Positions 18,102 to 28,036 of a DNA stretch of 64,000 nucleotides are shown piece by piece; the stretch's first letter is position 1, and every line of letters starts with the position of its first letter. The notes under the pieces were generated by a model, which worked only from the letters and a program-made list of their open reading frames with translations, did not search any database and had not been told where the DNA came from. The DNA is from Gemmatimonas sp. (lineage in GTDB: Bacteria; Gemmatimonadota; Gemmatimonadetes; Gemmatimonadales; Gemmatimonadaceae). Location: assembly GCA_031414535.1 (NCBI GenBank), contig JANNVQ010000029.1:160001-224000 (forward strand), given 5' to 3'. Both the position numbers and the translations under genes were made by a program.

Positions 18102-20194
18102 GGAGCCGTAGCGAGCGCCGCAATCAAGGCGGAGAGTCGCTGGAGATCAGCGAGGTCCAGGACCTCACCAGGCGCATGGCTGTACCGGCCCGGCCATGAG
18201 ATTGGCACATTAGGCGCGCCGTAAAAGCTGAAGGCGGTTCCATCGGTGCCGCCTTGTGTGAGTCCAATCTGCAGGGGAATGCCCGCGCGTTGTGCAATGG
18301 CGATGACTTCCGCGCGCGCGCGCGGTGGAGCCATGCTGCCCGACTCAATTCCTCGTAGCACGGGACCCGCTCCAAGCGGCGCAAAGGCAAAGTGCGGTGA
18401 CTCCAGCGGCGTGTCGGAGCTCACGAAGGTGTCAATGCTGTGCACGCGCTTCACATTGGCGCCAATGCGCGCCGCGAGCGCCTCTGCGCCCTCGAGCCCA
18501 ACCTCCTCGGCGGTGGACCACACAAACAACACACGTCGCTTGAGCGTGGCAGGATTCACGGCATCAAGCGCGCGGAGCAGGGCCACCGAGCCAGCGCGGT
18601 CATCCATTGCGCGTCCTGTAAATCGTGAGCCCGCCAACCGCACGGCATCCTTGTGCGCGGTGACGCCATCTCCCACGCGGACGCCCTGCGTTACCAGTGT
18701 GGCGGAATCCATGCCGAACCAAGCGGTCATGCGCTCCGGACGCTTCGTGCGTGCCGTCTCGCGAGGAATGAACACACCGGGGAGGGATGCGCGTGGGGGC
18801 GTCGTGCCCTGGCGCGCGAAGTGCAGCAGGGCGGGTTGACCTTCCCAAGCTGAGGCCACCGTGCCACCGCGTGCACGCAGCGTCACGATGCCGTCCGCCG
18901 CGATTGAGACCACATCGTATGACACTTCATCCATATGCGCGATAAAGACCAGCGTGTCGCGCTCCGGGCCCATGCCGACAATCAAGTTGCCCGCGTCGTC
19001 AGTGACGGCGGTGCTTCTCGCCCACGCGGGCATGGCGCTGCGGATAGCATCGCGCACGCGCCATTCGTCGTGGGGCACACCGGGGAGATCGGCCAGTAGC
19101 TTTAGTTGCGCCGCTAGAGCGGAGTGACTGTCGCTGCGCGCGCCATTTGTTGCGGCGGCGGATGCTGGGGCTGCAATCCACGGCGAGGACGGCAGGGACG
19201 CGCGATCCACAGCGCCCGCACCGAGCACATCGCTCAACAGGTTCGAGGCCGCGCCCTCGTCAATCGTTTCAACAAGTGAACCCGCATAGCGAAGCGCGGG
19301 CGCAATCACACGGATGGAGTCCTGCTTAGCCGTGGCGAACACCGCCGCGTTAGGAGCACCAGCAGCGCCGGCGCGCAGCCAGCGTGTGCCCTGCAGGGCG
19401 CGTCCCGCCGTCACGATGCTGACTTCATCTACTCCACCGAGTCGCGTGATGGCACTACCGAGGCCAACCCATCCGAAGACGCTTTGCGTGGTCATCAGGA
19501 AGATGGTTTCGCCACTGCGCACGTTGCCACGCGCCGCTGCCGCTACCGCGGCACAGCCCGCGCGCGCGCCTACGGCATTTCCCGCCACTCCGCCCGCGAA
19601 GGCCCAAGCCGGCACGCGCCGCTCCACGGGGTCAAGCAAGCGGATGCCCAAGGCCTCCACCTCCGCGCGGTTCTTTGCGCCCACGTCGAGCCAGAGATCG
19701 TCCGCGCTCACCACCAATGAGTCCGCACGGTGCTGCTGGGCAAAGTGGCCGTTGGCCACTGCGATCACTCCCGGCACCACATCCGTCGCGGTGAAGATGT
19801 TGACCTGCTGCGCCTCGTGTGCCTGATCGAACAGCGGGTGCCCCGCGCTGCTGCCCACTCGATGCAGGCGCAGATAGCCCTCGTCGGTGATCTGCGTGAC
19901 GGCGAACCCGCTACGATCGAGCGCGCAGGCCACCACGCGGCGTGGACGGCCACTGCCGCGGCGGTTCATGAGATTACCGGCGGCGTCCTGTTGCCAGCCC
20001 GTCAGGCTTGCGGCCAGGGCTGCGCTGGTCCGAGATTCGTGGCCGGTGGGCGCCGCAATCTGCTGCCAGCTTACCAAGGCCTGCTGTAGCGAGGTCTGTG
20101 CCGCCGCAGTCGAGGGCAGCGAAGCCGTCAGCGCCCAGAATCCGCAATGCAGCAGTGTGGTTAGCAGGGAAGGGCGGCGGCGCGAAGAGGTCAT
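18098..20194 (-). CDS. Exported tandem-duplicated M42/M20-clan peptidase (N-terminal copy degenerate)
   Basis: C-terminal half has AHMDE, AMDDR, AEEVG, SIDT, YSH. N-terminal half has the same layout with CALDR, AVGAR, TQSVFG. Confidence 0.85.
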   Translation of the reverse strand: MTSSRRRPSLLTTLLHCGFWALTASLPSTAAAQTSLQQALVSWQQIAAPTGHESRTSAALAASLTGWQQDAAGNLMNRRGSGRPRRVVACALDRSGFAVTQITDEGYLRLHRVGSSAGHPLFDQAHEAQQVNIFTATDVVPGVIAVANGHFAQQHRADSLVVSADDLWLDVGAKNRAEVEALGIRLLDPVERRVPAWAFAGGVAGNAVGARAGCAAVAAAARGNVRSGETIFLMTTQSVFGWVGLGSAITRLGGVDEVSIVTAGRALQGTRWLRAGAAGAPNAAVFATAKQDSIRVIAPALRYAGSLVETIDEGAASNLLSDVLGAGAVDRASLPSSPWIAAPASAAATNGARSDSHSALAAQLKLLADLPGVPHDEWRVRDAIRSAMPAWARSTAVTDDAGNLIVGMGPERDTLVFIAHMDEVSYDVVSIAADGIVTLRARGGTVASAWEGQPALLHFARQGTTPPRASLPGVFIPRETARTKRPERMTAWFGMDSATLVTQGVRVGDGVTAHKDAVRLAGSRFTGRAMDDRAGSVALLRALDAVNPATLKRRVLFVWSTAEEVGLEGAEALAARIGANVKRVHSIDTFVSSDTPLESPHFAFAPLGAGPVLRGIESGSMAPPRARAEVIAIAQRAGIPLQIGLTQGGTDGTAFSFYGAPNVPISWPGRYSHAPGEVLDLADLQRLSALIAALATAP

Positions 20195-20276
20195 TGTTGG
20201 CGGCGTTGGGAAGGGATGGAGGCCTGGGGCAAACATACTCTTGCCCCCTCCGTATCGTCAGGCAGATTTCTTCTAC

Positions 20277-23189
20277 GTGACTCCCCTCCCAGATCGTCTT
20301 GTCGCCGCCTTGGCTGACCGCTACCGCCTCGAGCGCGAACTCGGCGCGGGCGGAATGGCTACGGTGTACCTGGCGCAGGATCTCAAGCACGATCGAAAGG
20401 TCGCCATCAAGGTCCTGCGGCCAGACCTCGCGCGATCGCTCACGGGTGATCGCTTCCTGCGCGAAATTGCGATCACGGCGCGCCTCAACCATCCGCATAT
20501 CCTCACACTGCTCGACTCGGGAAGCGCCGAGAGTGGCGAGATACTCTACTACGTGATGCCGGTTGCCACTGGCCAGTCGCTCCGCGACCGCCTCGCGAGC
20601 TGCGGGGCTCTGTCGCCGGCGGAGGCTCTGCGCATCGCCGGTGACGCCGTGGAGGCGCTGGTTCACGCGCATTCCTGCGGCGTGGTGCATCGCGACATCA
20701 AGCCCGACAACATCCTGCTCTCCGAAGGCCACGCTATCGTGGTGGACTTTGGTATCGCCAAGGCGGTCGGAGCGGCGCGCGAGACTCAGACTCTCACGAG
20801 CGAAGGGACATCGCTTGGTACGCCCGCCTATATGGCGCCAGAGCAGGCGGCTGGGGAGGCCGATGTTGATCATCGGGCTGACGTGTACGCTGTGGGCGCC
20901 GTGTTGTTCGAGATGCTCGCTGGCGCGCCACCGTTCACCGGAAGCTTCCAACAGGTCGTGATGGCGAAGATGGCGAAGGATGCGCCCGCTCTTTCGACAA
21001 CGGCACCAACGCTCGCACCGGCCTTGGTGCAACTCGTGGCCCGCTGCCTCGCGCGCGATCCCACGCGGCGCCCCGCGACGGCCGAAGCTTTGCTCGCTGA
21101 ACTGCGTGCACTGGCACAGCCCGATGCCAGGACCCACAAGCAAAGCGTTCGCACGCAGGTACTCGCTACGACAATCGCCGTGGCGGCGGTCGTGATTCTT
21201 GGCGCGGTGTTCTTTGGAGATCGCCGTGCGCGCTGGGTGCAGGACAGCGCGTTGCCAGAAATTGCACGGCTGATTGAGGCCGACGAACTCGATTCAGCCT
21301 ACGCACTTGCTGAAAGAGCCGAGGCTCGTGCGCCGGGCGACTCGGCCCTGGCGGCCCTGTGGCAGAAGATCGCTATGACGCAGGAATTCCTCAGCGAACC
21401 CAGCGGTGCTCTGGTGACGCGTGCCGCGGTGAACGACACGACTCAATGGGTTGCGGTCGGGACCACACCAACCGGACCGGTTCGTGTGCCACGCAATGCG
21501 TGGTTCTATCGCTACTCGCTGCCCGACCATCGCCCATTGACGATTATGGGTGCTCGACTGGGTGGAAGCTACGCACCCATTCCCAGTCCTGTGCCTTTGC
21601 AGAAGCGAAGCGATCCCGATTCCGGGATGGTGTTGCTGCGTGGGCGCGGCCTTGTCTCGACCCTGTATGGGGTCTCGTCGGGTGAGGCCCTCGATCTCGC
21701 GGACTTCTTGATGGACAAACTCGAAGTCACGAACCGTGAATATCAGGCATTTGTGAATGCTGGCGGCTATCGCGACGCGAAGTGGTGGGATTCGACAATC
21801 GTCAGCGATGGTCGTGCCATCGAGTGGCGCACAGCGATGGCGCGCTTCGTTGACGAGACTGGTCGCCCTGGTCCTGCGGCTTGGGAGGGCTCCGCGCCAA
21901 AGCCGGGTACGGAAGACCTCCCAGTGGGTGGTGTGAGTTGGTACGAGGCGCGCGCCTATGCGCGCTTTGTCGGGAAGAACTTGCCGACGGTGCTCGAGTG
22001 GAATGCGGCAGCTATCCCCGAAGCGGCGCGCTGGGTGGTTCCCAATGGGCGCTACGATTCCGAGGGGCCAGTGCGCGGCGGCGCCGCCGGCGGTGTGAGT
22101 CCGCGCGGCATCTACGATATGGCGGGCAACGTTCGTGAGTGGGCGGCCAACGCGCGCGAGCCAGGCAAGCGCTTCATCCTTGGCGGTGGCTGGTCCGATC
22201 CCGCCTATCTCTTTTCCGAAGCTTATACCGCGCCGGAGTTCGATCGCTCCGCGATCAACGGCATCCGCCTGGTGCGCCGGCTGAGTGATGCACCCGCACT
22301 CACCCTTGCGCTCGCGCCCCTTTCGCGCGGAGCACGTGACGTCGTCAATGCAAAGCCAGTGGACGACGCGACCTTCCGCGGTTTCCTCGCCCTGTACGAC
22401 TACGATCGAAGGCCTCTCAATGCGGAAGTGACGGCGCGCGACAGTACGCACCCTGACTGGGTCCGCGAAGACGTCGTCTTCGACCTGCCCAGCGGTGGCC
22501 CGCGGATGGCGCTTGCGATGTTTCTCCCCAAGAGAACTGCGCCACCATACCAAACCATTGTGATTTGGCCGGCTTCCGACGCCTTTATCAGTAGCGATTC
22601 GCGAAAGCTCTCGATGAGCTATGTGGACTTTCTCATTCGTAGTGGCCGCGCCGTCGTGTATCCCATCTACGAGCACACGTACGGAAGAGGCGTGAGCCTG
22701 AGCGCGGATAAGCCCTCGGCGACCATCGAACACCGCGACCAGATGCTGCGGTGGACCACGGAGATGCGACGTTCGATTGACTATGCATTCTCGCGGACGG
22801 ACATCGATAGCACGCGACTCGCCTACGTAGGTACCAGTTGGGGCGCACGCATTGGCGGCACCGTCCTCGCAGTCGAGCCGCGTATTCGAACAGCGATTCT
22901 CAATGTGCCGGGATTCAACGCGGCAATGGTACGCCCCGAGGAGGATCCGCTCAACTTCCTCCCTCGTATTCGCATTCCCGTACTAATGCTCAGTGGCCGG
23001 TACGACAGCGTTTACCCCTATGAGTCGTCGCAAGCACCCTTCTTCCGTTTGCTCGGATCGCCCCCTGACGAGAAGAAGCAAGTGATGTTTGAGGGCGGGC
23101 ACTTTCTCCCGCGTCCGATGTGGGTGGCCGAGTCGACGCGCTGGCTGGACGAGCGATTTGGTGCGGTAACTCCTCGTACAAACGACTGA
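20277..23189 (+). CDS. Ser/Thr kinase - TM - FGE-like domain - alpha/beta hydrolase fusion
   Basis: GTG start matches paralog N-termini (ALADRYRLERELGAGGM); HRDIKPDN, DFG; EVTNREY, LPTVLEW, DMAGNVREW; GTSWG, GRYD, GGH. Confidence 0.92.
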   Translation: MTPLPDRLVAALADRYRLERELGAGGMATVYLAQDLKHDRKVAIKVLRPDLARSLTGDRFLREIAITARLNHPHILTLLDSGSAESGEILYYVMPVATGQSLRDRLASCGALSPAEALRIAGDAVEALVHAHSCGVVHRDIKPDNILLSEGHAIVVDFGIAKAVGAARETQTLTSEGTSLGTPAYMAPEQAAGEADVDHRADVYAVGAVLFEMLAGAPPFTGSFQQVVMAKMAKDAPALSTTAPTLAPALVQLVARCLARDPTRRPATAEALLAELRALAQPDARTHKQSVRTQVLATTIAVAAVVILGAVFFGDRRARWVQDSALPEIARLIEADELDSAYALAERAEARAPGDSALAALWQKIAMTQEFLSEPSGALVTRAAVNDTTQWVAVGTTPTGPVRVPRNAWFYRYSLPDHRPLTIMGARLGGSYAPIPSPVPLQKRSDPDSGMVLLRGRGLVSTLYGVSSGEALDLADFLMDKLEVTNREYQAFVNAGGYRDAKWWDSTIVSDGRAIEWRTAMARFVDETGRPGPAAWEGSAPKPGTEDLPVGGVSWYEARAYARFVGKNLPTVLEWNAAAIPEAARWVVPNGRYDSEGPVRGGAAGGVSPRGIYDMAGNVREWAANAREPGKRFILGGGWSDPAYLFSEAYTAPEFDRSAINGIRLVRRLSDAPALTLALAPLSRGARDVVNAKPVDDATFRGFLALYDYDRRPLNAEVTARDSTHPDWVREDVVFDLPSGGPRMALAMFLPKRTAPPYQTIVIWPASDAFISSDSRKLSMSYVDFLIRSGRAVVYPIYEHTYGRGVSLSADKPSATIEHRDQMLRWTTEMRRSIDYAFSRTDIDSTRLAYVGTSWGARIGGTVLAVEPRIRTAILNVPGFNAAMVRPEEDPLNFLPRIRIPVLMLSGRYDSVYPYESSQAPFFRLLGSPPDEKKQVMFEGGHFLPRPMWVAESTRWLDERFGAVTPRTND

Positions 23190-23241
23190 GACCTACGATG
23201 ATTCATCTCTGCTCGTGCAGTATTCTCGTTTTGGAATCGCG

Positions 23242-25890
23242 ATGACCGATGTGATGCAGCGCCTCTCGAAGGCCCTCGCCGACCGCTACCGCATCGAGCG
23301 CGAACTCGGCGCGGGCGGTATGGCCACGGTGTACCTCGCCGAGGACCTCCGGCATCGTCGCAAAGTCGCGCTCAAGGTGCTGCGCCCTGAGCTCGCGGCC
23401 GTCATCGGCGCCGAGCGCTTCCTTCAGGAGATCACCACTACCGCGGCGCTACAACATCCGCACATCCTCCCGCTGTTCGATTCTGGCGAGGCGGACGGCT
23501 TCCTTTTCTATGTGATGCCGTTCATCGATGGCCAAACGCTACGCGAGCGGCTGCAACGCGAGCGGCAGCTGGGCCTCGATGACGCATTACGAATCACGCG
23601 GGAAGTGGCGGATGCGCTGCAGTATGCGCACGAGCACGGCGTAATTCATCGCGACATCAAGCCGGAGAACATCCTGCTCGCCAACGGCCGTCCGATGGTC
23701 GCCGACTTCGGCATCGCGCTCGCGGTCCAGCAGGCTGGCGGCGAGCGGATGACGCAGACTGGACTCTCGCTCGGCACGCCGCAGTATATGAGTCCAGAGC
23801 AGGCGATGGGCGAGCGTACGCTCGATGCGCGCGCCGACGTGTACGCGCTGGGTGCGGTGCTCTACGAGATGCTCACGGGCGACCCGCCGTTCACGGGGTC
23901 GAGTGTGCAGGCCATCGTGGCGCGCATCTTGAGTGAGCGGCCGACGCCAATCGAGACCCTGCGCGACACGGTTCCATCGTCCATCACGGCGGCGGTGTCG
24001 CGCGCACTCGCCAAGCTGCCGGCGGATCGTTTCGCCTCGGCGGCACAGTTTGCGCAGGCGCTCAGCAACACTGGCCAATCGGGGGCCGCATTCGCCGTCC
24101 AGCGTCCGAGCAAGCCTGGAGTCTCGCGCCTCGTTGCGGCGCTTGCCGCCGTCACGGTAATCAGCCTTGGCTTGGCCGCTTTCGCGCTCACTCGATCCAG
24201 CAGTACGGGCCTGGCGATGCAGTCCTTCGACGCGGCGCTACCAGATACCGCGAAGATGGCGCCCGAAGTGCAGTTCGCCACCGTCGGTTTCGGCGGCGCT
24301 GTGAGGAATCTCTCTCTGTCTCCCGATGGGAGCTTCCTCGTGTATGTGGTTCAGCGCAACGACTCCAGCTCCCTCTGGTACCGCAGCCTCATTGATGCCT
24401 CGCTACGCCGCATTCCCGGCACCGACGGTGCTATGTCGCCCCGCGTGTCTCCAGACGGGCAACGGATTGTCTTTTTGGCCAAGGGAAACCTCGTCATTGT
24501 GCCTCTCGAGGGCGGAGCACCGCGCGTGCTTCGCGAGGGGGTGAGTCGCAGCGCCGAATGGATCTCGCCGAGCAAGCTGTACGCCTTTGATAATGACGGA
24601 TATCGGCTCATCTGGATTGATGCCGATGCTGGTGTGCTTGAAGAGATATCGCTCGAGAGTCAGGGGATGCGCTGCATCTTCGGTGTGTGGCTCCCTGAGC
24701 AGGAACGCCTGCTCTGCAGCTTCAACGAGACGGCGAAGCTCTTCAATCCGCGCGTGCCTGGCGATACGGTGATTCGCACCACCGCAGCCAGTGGTGAGCT
24801 TGGCCCGCCAGTGTCTGGATCTAACTTCCGCATCATTGACGGGCGCTACTTGCTCTATGTGACGCTCGACGGCGAATTGCGGGCGGCGAGCTACGATGCC
24901 AAGAAGCTCAGCATCGGCCGTTCAGTCGCGCTAGCCTCGGGCGTGTACCGTGACGTCCTCGGTGCCACGCAGCTTGATATCTCCGCGAATGGCACACTGG
25001 TGTATGCGCCGGCCGCGGGCCCGATGTCCTTGCAACTCGTGGAACAGGAAGAAGGCGCGGCGCCGCTGCCCTTGCCGGTGGAACCTGCGGCGTTCCTCCG
25101 CTTCGATCTCACGCGCGAGCGGCGACGACTTGCTGCCGTCGTTGGCACGCGCGATGGGCAAGAGCTCCGCGTGTATGATTTGCGCTCCGGGCAGCGTTCG
25201 GTATGGTTGCGCGGGCAGGATATCCAGTTCCCCGCTTGGAGCCCGCGAGGGGACCGGCTTGCGGTGCAGATTCTCGTGGACGCACAGCGTCGTCTGGTGA
25301 TTGGTTCACCTGAATCATCGAGCGCTCCCGAGACGCTCAGTGTGGCAAGCGGCGCCATCTCCACGCTCGACGCGATGGAGTTCATTGACGAGCAGACCAT
25401 TTTGGTGCGTGACCCGGATAAAGCCTTCATCGCACGCCTAGACATCTCCACGAAGCCCGCGCGCCTCGACACCTTGGTGCAGGGTGGCATTTTCGCCAGC
25501 GTCTCGCCCGATAGACGGAGGCTGGTGTGGCACACGCCTCGAGGCGGCACGCTCTATGTGAGCAGTTTTCCACCCAACGACACGCGCAGCACCATCGCCG
25601 AGAATGCGGTAGAGCCGTTGTGGCTTTCTTCCACGGATTTGCTCTACCGCTCGGGCAACACGTGGTACCTCGCGCAACTCGATGCCGCTACCGGCGAACT
25701 CACGGGGCCCCCTCGCCGCTGGGGAAAAAATCCGCTGTTCCTCGATACTCCCGGGTGGTCAAACCGGCTTTCACACGATCGCGGCATCATTTATATGTCG
25801 CGTGTAGAAGCGGCTGCGGCATCCTACCTGCGACTGATGCCGGACTTCATCACTCGAATGAAGGCCGCGGTGGCCGCTGCGAATCGCTAA
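23242..25890 (+). CDS. Hanks-type Ser/Thr kinase with TM helix and beta-propeller sensor
   Basis: Complete kinase motifs, TM LVAALAAVTVISLGLAAFAL, SPDG repeats. Confidence 0.95.
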   Translation: MTDVMQRLSKALADRYRIERELGAGGMATVYLAEDLRHRRKVALKVLRPELAAVIGAERFLQEITTTAALQHPHILPLFDSGEADGFLFYVMPFIDGQTLRERLQRERQLGLDDALRITREVADALQYAHEHGVIHRDIKPENILLANGRPMVADFGIALAVQQAGGERMTQTGLSLGTPQYMSPEQAMGERTLDARADVYALGAVLYEMLTGDPPFTGSSVQAIVARILSERPTPIETLRDTVPSSITAAVSRALAKLPADRFASAAQFAQALSNTGQSGAAFAVQRPSKPGVSRLVAALAAVTVISLGLAAFALTRSSSTGLAMQSFDAALPDTAKMAPEVQFATVGFGGAVRNLSLSPDGSFLVYVVQRNDSSSLWYRSLIDASLRRIPGTDGAMSPRVSPDGQRIVFLAKGNLVIVPLEGGAPRVLREGVSRSAEWISPSKLYAFDNDGYRLIWIDADAGVLEEISLESQGMRCIFGVWLPEQERLLCSFNETAKLFNPRVPGDTVIRTTAASGELGPPVSGSNFRIIDGRYLLYVTLDGELRAASYDAKKLSIGRSVALASGVYRDVLGATQLDISANGTLVYAPAAGPMSLQLVEQEEGAAPLPLPVEPAAFLRFDLTRERRRLAAVVGTRDGQELRVYDLRSGQRSVWLRGQDIQFPAWSPRGDRLAVQILVDAQRRLVIGSPESSSAPETLSVASGAISTLDAMEFIDEQTILVRDPDKAFIARLDISTKPARLDTLVQGGIFASVSPDRRRLVWHTPRGGTLYVSSFPPNDTRSTIAENAVEPLWLSSTDLLYRSGNTWYLAQLDAATGELTGPPRRWGKNPLFLDTPGWSNRLSHDRGIIYMSRVEAAAASYLRLMPDFITRMKAAVAAANR

Positions 25891-28034
25891 GCCGGCCGCG
25901 CGTTCACCGTCACCAACACCCCGCTGAACGCGGCGTTGCCCGTGAGCGCATCAATCGCCTGATCGTCCGTGAGGTCATTGATGCTCACGCCGGGATGCTC
26001 CGCCGCGATGCGCAACTGCGTGCCAGCGCGCCCATGCCCCCAGCCGTGCGGAAGGCTGACCACGCCGGGCATCATCTCGTCGCTCACCGCGAGCTCGGCG
26101 TCCACCGTCCCAACCCGAGCGTTGATGCGCACCACGGCGCCGTCGAACAGGTTGCGCGCCGCGGCATCACTCGGGTGCATCAGCAACGTGCAGCGATTCT
26201 TCCCTCGCACGAGCCGTTCCACATTGTGCATCCACGAGTTGCTTGAGCGTGTGGCGCGGCGGCCAATCAATGCGAGCGAATCGCCATTTGAGGCCGCCTG
26301 GCCAAGCAGGCGTGCTTCCAGTCTTGCAACGTCAGCCACGAAAAGCGCCGGCGCGGCGTGGATGCGTCGGTCTGGGGTGTGCAGCTTGGCGAGCAGGCAG
26401 GGCTTGAGCGCGCCGAGGTCTATGCCGTGTGGCTGTTGTTTCAGCGCGCCAAGCGAGATCCCGCGGCCCAGGGGTGAGAATCCCTTGCCATACGGACCAG
26501 TGCGTAGCGCATAGTCGAGCATCATCGAGGGCCCACCGATAGCTTGCGCCAGACCACGTAGCTTAGCGGGAACCCCGCGACTCAATCGCGAGGCGATTGA
26601 ATTCATAATCTGCCACTCGTGCCGCGCCTCAGCGGGCTTCTCAAACACCGGCGCCGAATACTTGGCCGTGTCGCGCACCGCGAGCGCATGAAAGATCACA
26701 TCGTAGTGCTCGCGCTCCAGCGGCGAACTCGGCGGCAGGATGAGATGCGCGTGCCGCGTCGTCTCGTTCAGGTAAAAGTCGATGGCGACGTAGAACTCCA
26801 TCTGCGCGAGTGCCGCGTCGAGACGAGTGCCATTGGGTGTGGAGAGCACAGGGTTGCCGCCGTGCGTCACAAAGCCACGCACTTGGCCGGGGCCGGCGGT
26901 GTCCATCTCCTCGGCCAGTGCCGCCACTGGAAGCTCGCCGGCGACCTCCGGCAGGCCACGCACACGAGTCTTCCAGCGGCCAAAGCGAGGTGTGCCGTCG
27001 CGCTGTTGGTCGGCGCGGAGCACATCCACGGCCGGCGACGTAAACATCGCGCCGCCCACTGCATCAATGCGTCCGCATACGAGGTTGAGCGCTGTGATCA
27101 ACCAAGTGGCCAGGCCTCCGAACTCCTGCATCGAGACGCCGACGCGCCCGTAGGCGACGCCAGTGGGCGCGGCCGCGAAGTCACGCGCCATCGTGCGAAT
27201 GGTTTCGGCCGCGATTCCGGTGGAGTCAGCAACGCGCTCCGGAGTAAAGCGCGCTGAAGTGTCCCGCAGGGCATCCACGCCATCGGTGACCGCGCTCAAG
27301 TGTCCACGACGCTCCAATCCCTCGGCGAATATCACCTGCAGCAATGCCAGGAGCAGCAGCGCGTCCGTGCCCGGGCGAATGGCGTGGTGCGCGTCGGCCA
27401 GCGCGGCAGTTTCGGTGCGACGCGGATCAATGACCACCACGCGACCACCACGTGCCCGAATGGCCTTGATCCGCTCCGAGGCACCGGGCGCCGTCATCAA
27501 ACTGCCATTCGATATCGCAGGGTTTGCGCCAAACACCAGCAGGTGGTCGGTGCGGTCGAGGTCCGGAACAGGGATGAGTAGCAGGTGCCCAAACATGTAC
27601 ATCGCCGCGACGTGCGCGGGCAGTTGGTCCACCGAGGTGGCACTGTAGCGATTCTTGGTGCGAAGCGCGCGCAAGAAGTCGCCTACGAAGAGCATCGCGC
27701 CGAGCGAGTGCACGGTGGGGTTGCCCACGTACGATGCCACGGCGTCACGCCCATGCTTCAGCTGCACGGCCTGAATGCCATTCACGGCGAGCGTGATGGC
27801 TTCATCCCAATCAATCCGCTTCCACTCCGTCCCCACCCGCTTCATCGGATGTCGGATGCGGTCGGGATCGCTATGGATATCCTGCAGGGCAACAGCCTTG
27901 GGGCAAATGTGCCCTTTGCTCAGCGGATCGTCGGCGTCGCCGCGAATCTCGAGGACTCGGTCACCCTCGGTGGTGATGACGAGGCCGCACATCGCCTCGC
28001 AGAGGGTGCAGGTGCGGAGCTTCTGGGTAGCCAT
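25887..28034 (-). CDS. Molybdopterin (bis-MGD) oxidoreductase, DMSO-reductase superfamily, uncharacterised MopB subgroup
   Basis: CTLCEAMC...CPK Fe-S motif; GANPAISNGS, IDPRRTETA, IRPGTD, MHPSDAAAR, PHGWG; no Tat signal. Confidence 0.9.
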   Translation of the reverse strand: MATQKLRTCTLCEAMCGLVITTEGDRVLEIRGDADDPLSKGHICPKAVALQDIHSDPDRIRHPMKRVGTEWKRIDWDEAITLAVNGIQAVQLKHGRDAVASYVGNPTVHSLGAMLFVGDFLRALRTKNRYSATSVDQLPAHVAAMYMFGHLLLIPVPDLDRTDHLLVFGANPAISNGSLMTAPGASERIKAIRARGGRVVVIDPRRTETAALADAHHAIRPGTDALLLLALLQVIFAEGLERRGHLSAVTDGVDALRDTSARFTPERVADSTGIAAETIRTMARDFAAAPTGVAYGRVGVSMQEFGGLATWLITALNLVCGRIDAVGGAMFTSPAVDVLRADQQRDGTPRFGRWKTRVRGLPEVAGELPVAALAEEMDTAGPGQVRGFVTHGGNPVLSTPNGTRLDAALAQMEFYVAIDFYLNETTRHAHLILPPSSPLEREHYDVIFHALAVRDTAKYSAPVFEKPAEARHEWQIMNSIASRLSRGVPAKLRGLAQAIGGPSMMLDYALRTGPYGKGFSPLGRGISLGALKQQPHGIDLGALKPCLLAKLHTPDRRIHAAPALFVADVARLEARLLGQAASNGDSLALIGRRATRSSNSWMHNVERLVRGKNRCTLLMHPSDAAARNLFDGAVVRINARVGTVDAELAVSDEMMPGVVSLPHGWGHGRAGTQLRIAAEHPGVSINDLTDDQAIDALTGNAAFSGVLVTVNARPA

Positions 28035-28036
28035 GC

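Noticed and set aside
19887..20276. 130-aa N-terminal extension of the 1100-aa kinase ORF
   Set aside because: Overlaps the M42 gene on the opposite strand; paralog N-termini support GTG 20277.
21294..22733. Long antisense ORFs (479 aa here; also 48904..50367, 38010..39221, 30912..31958, 19974..21143)
   Set aside because: Shadow frames of well-supported genes in high-GC DNA, with no family motifs.
289..25890. Repeated kinase DNA as a mobile element, DGR or assembly duplicate
   Set aside because: Copies differ at many synonymous sites; no reverse transcriptase, recombinase, terminal repeats or adenine-specific TR/VR pair seen.
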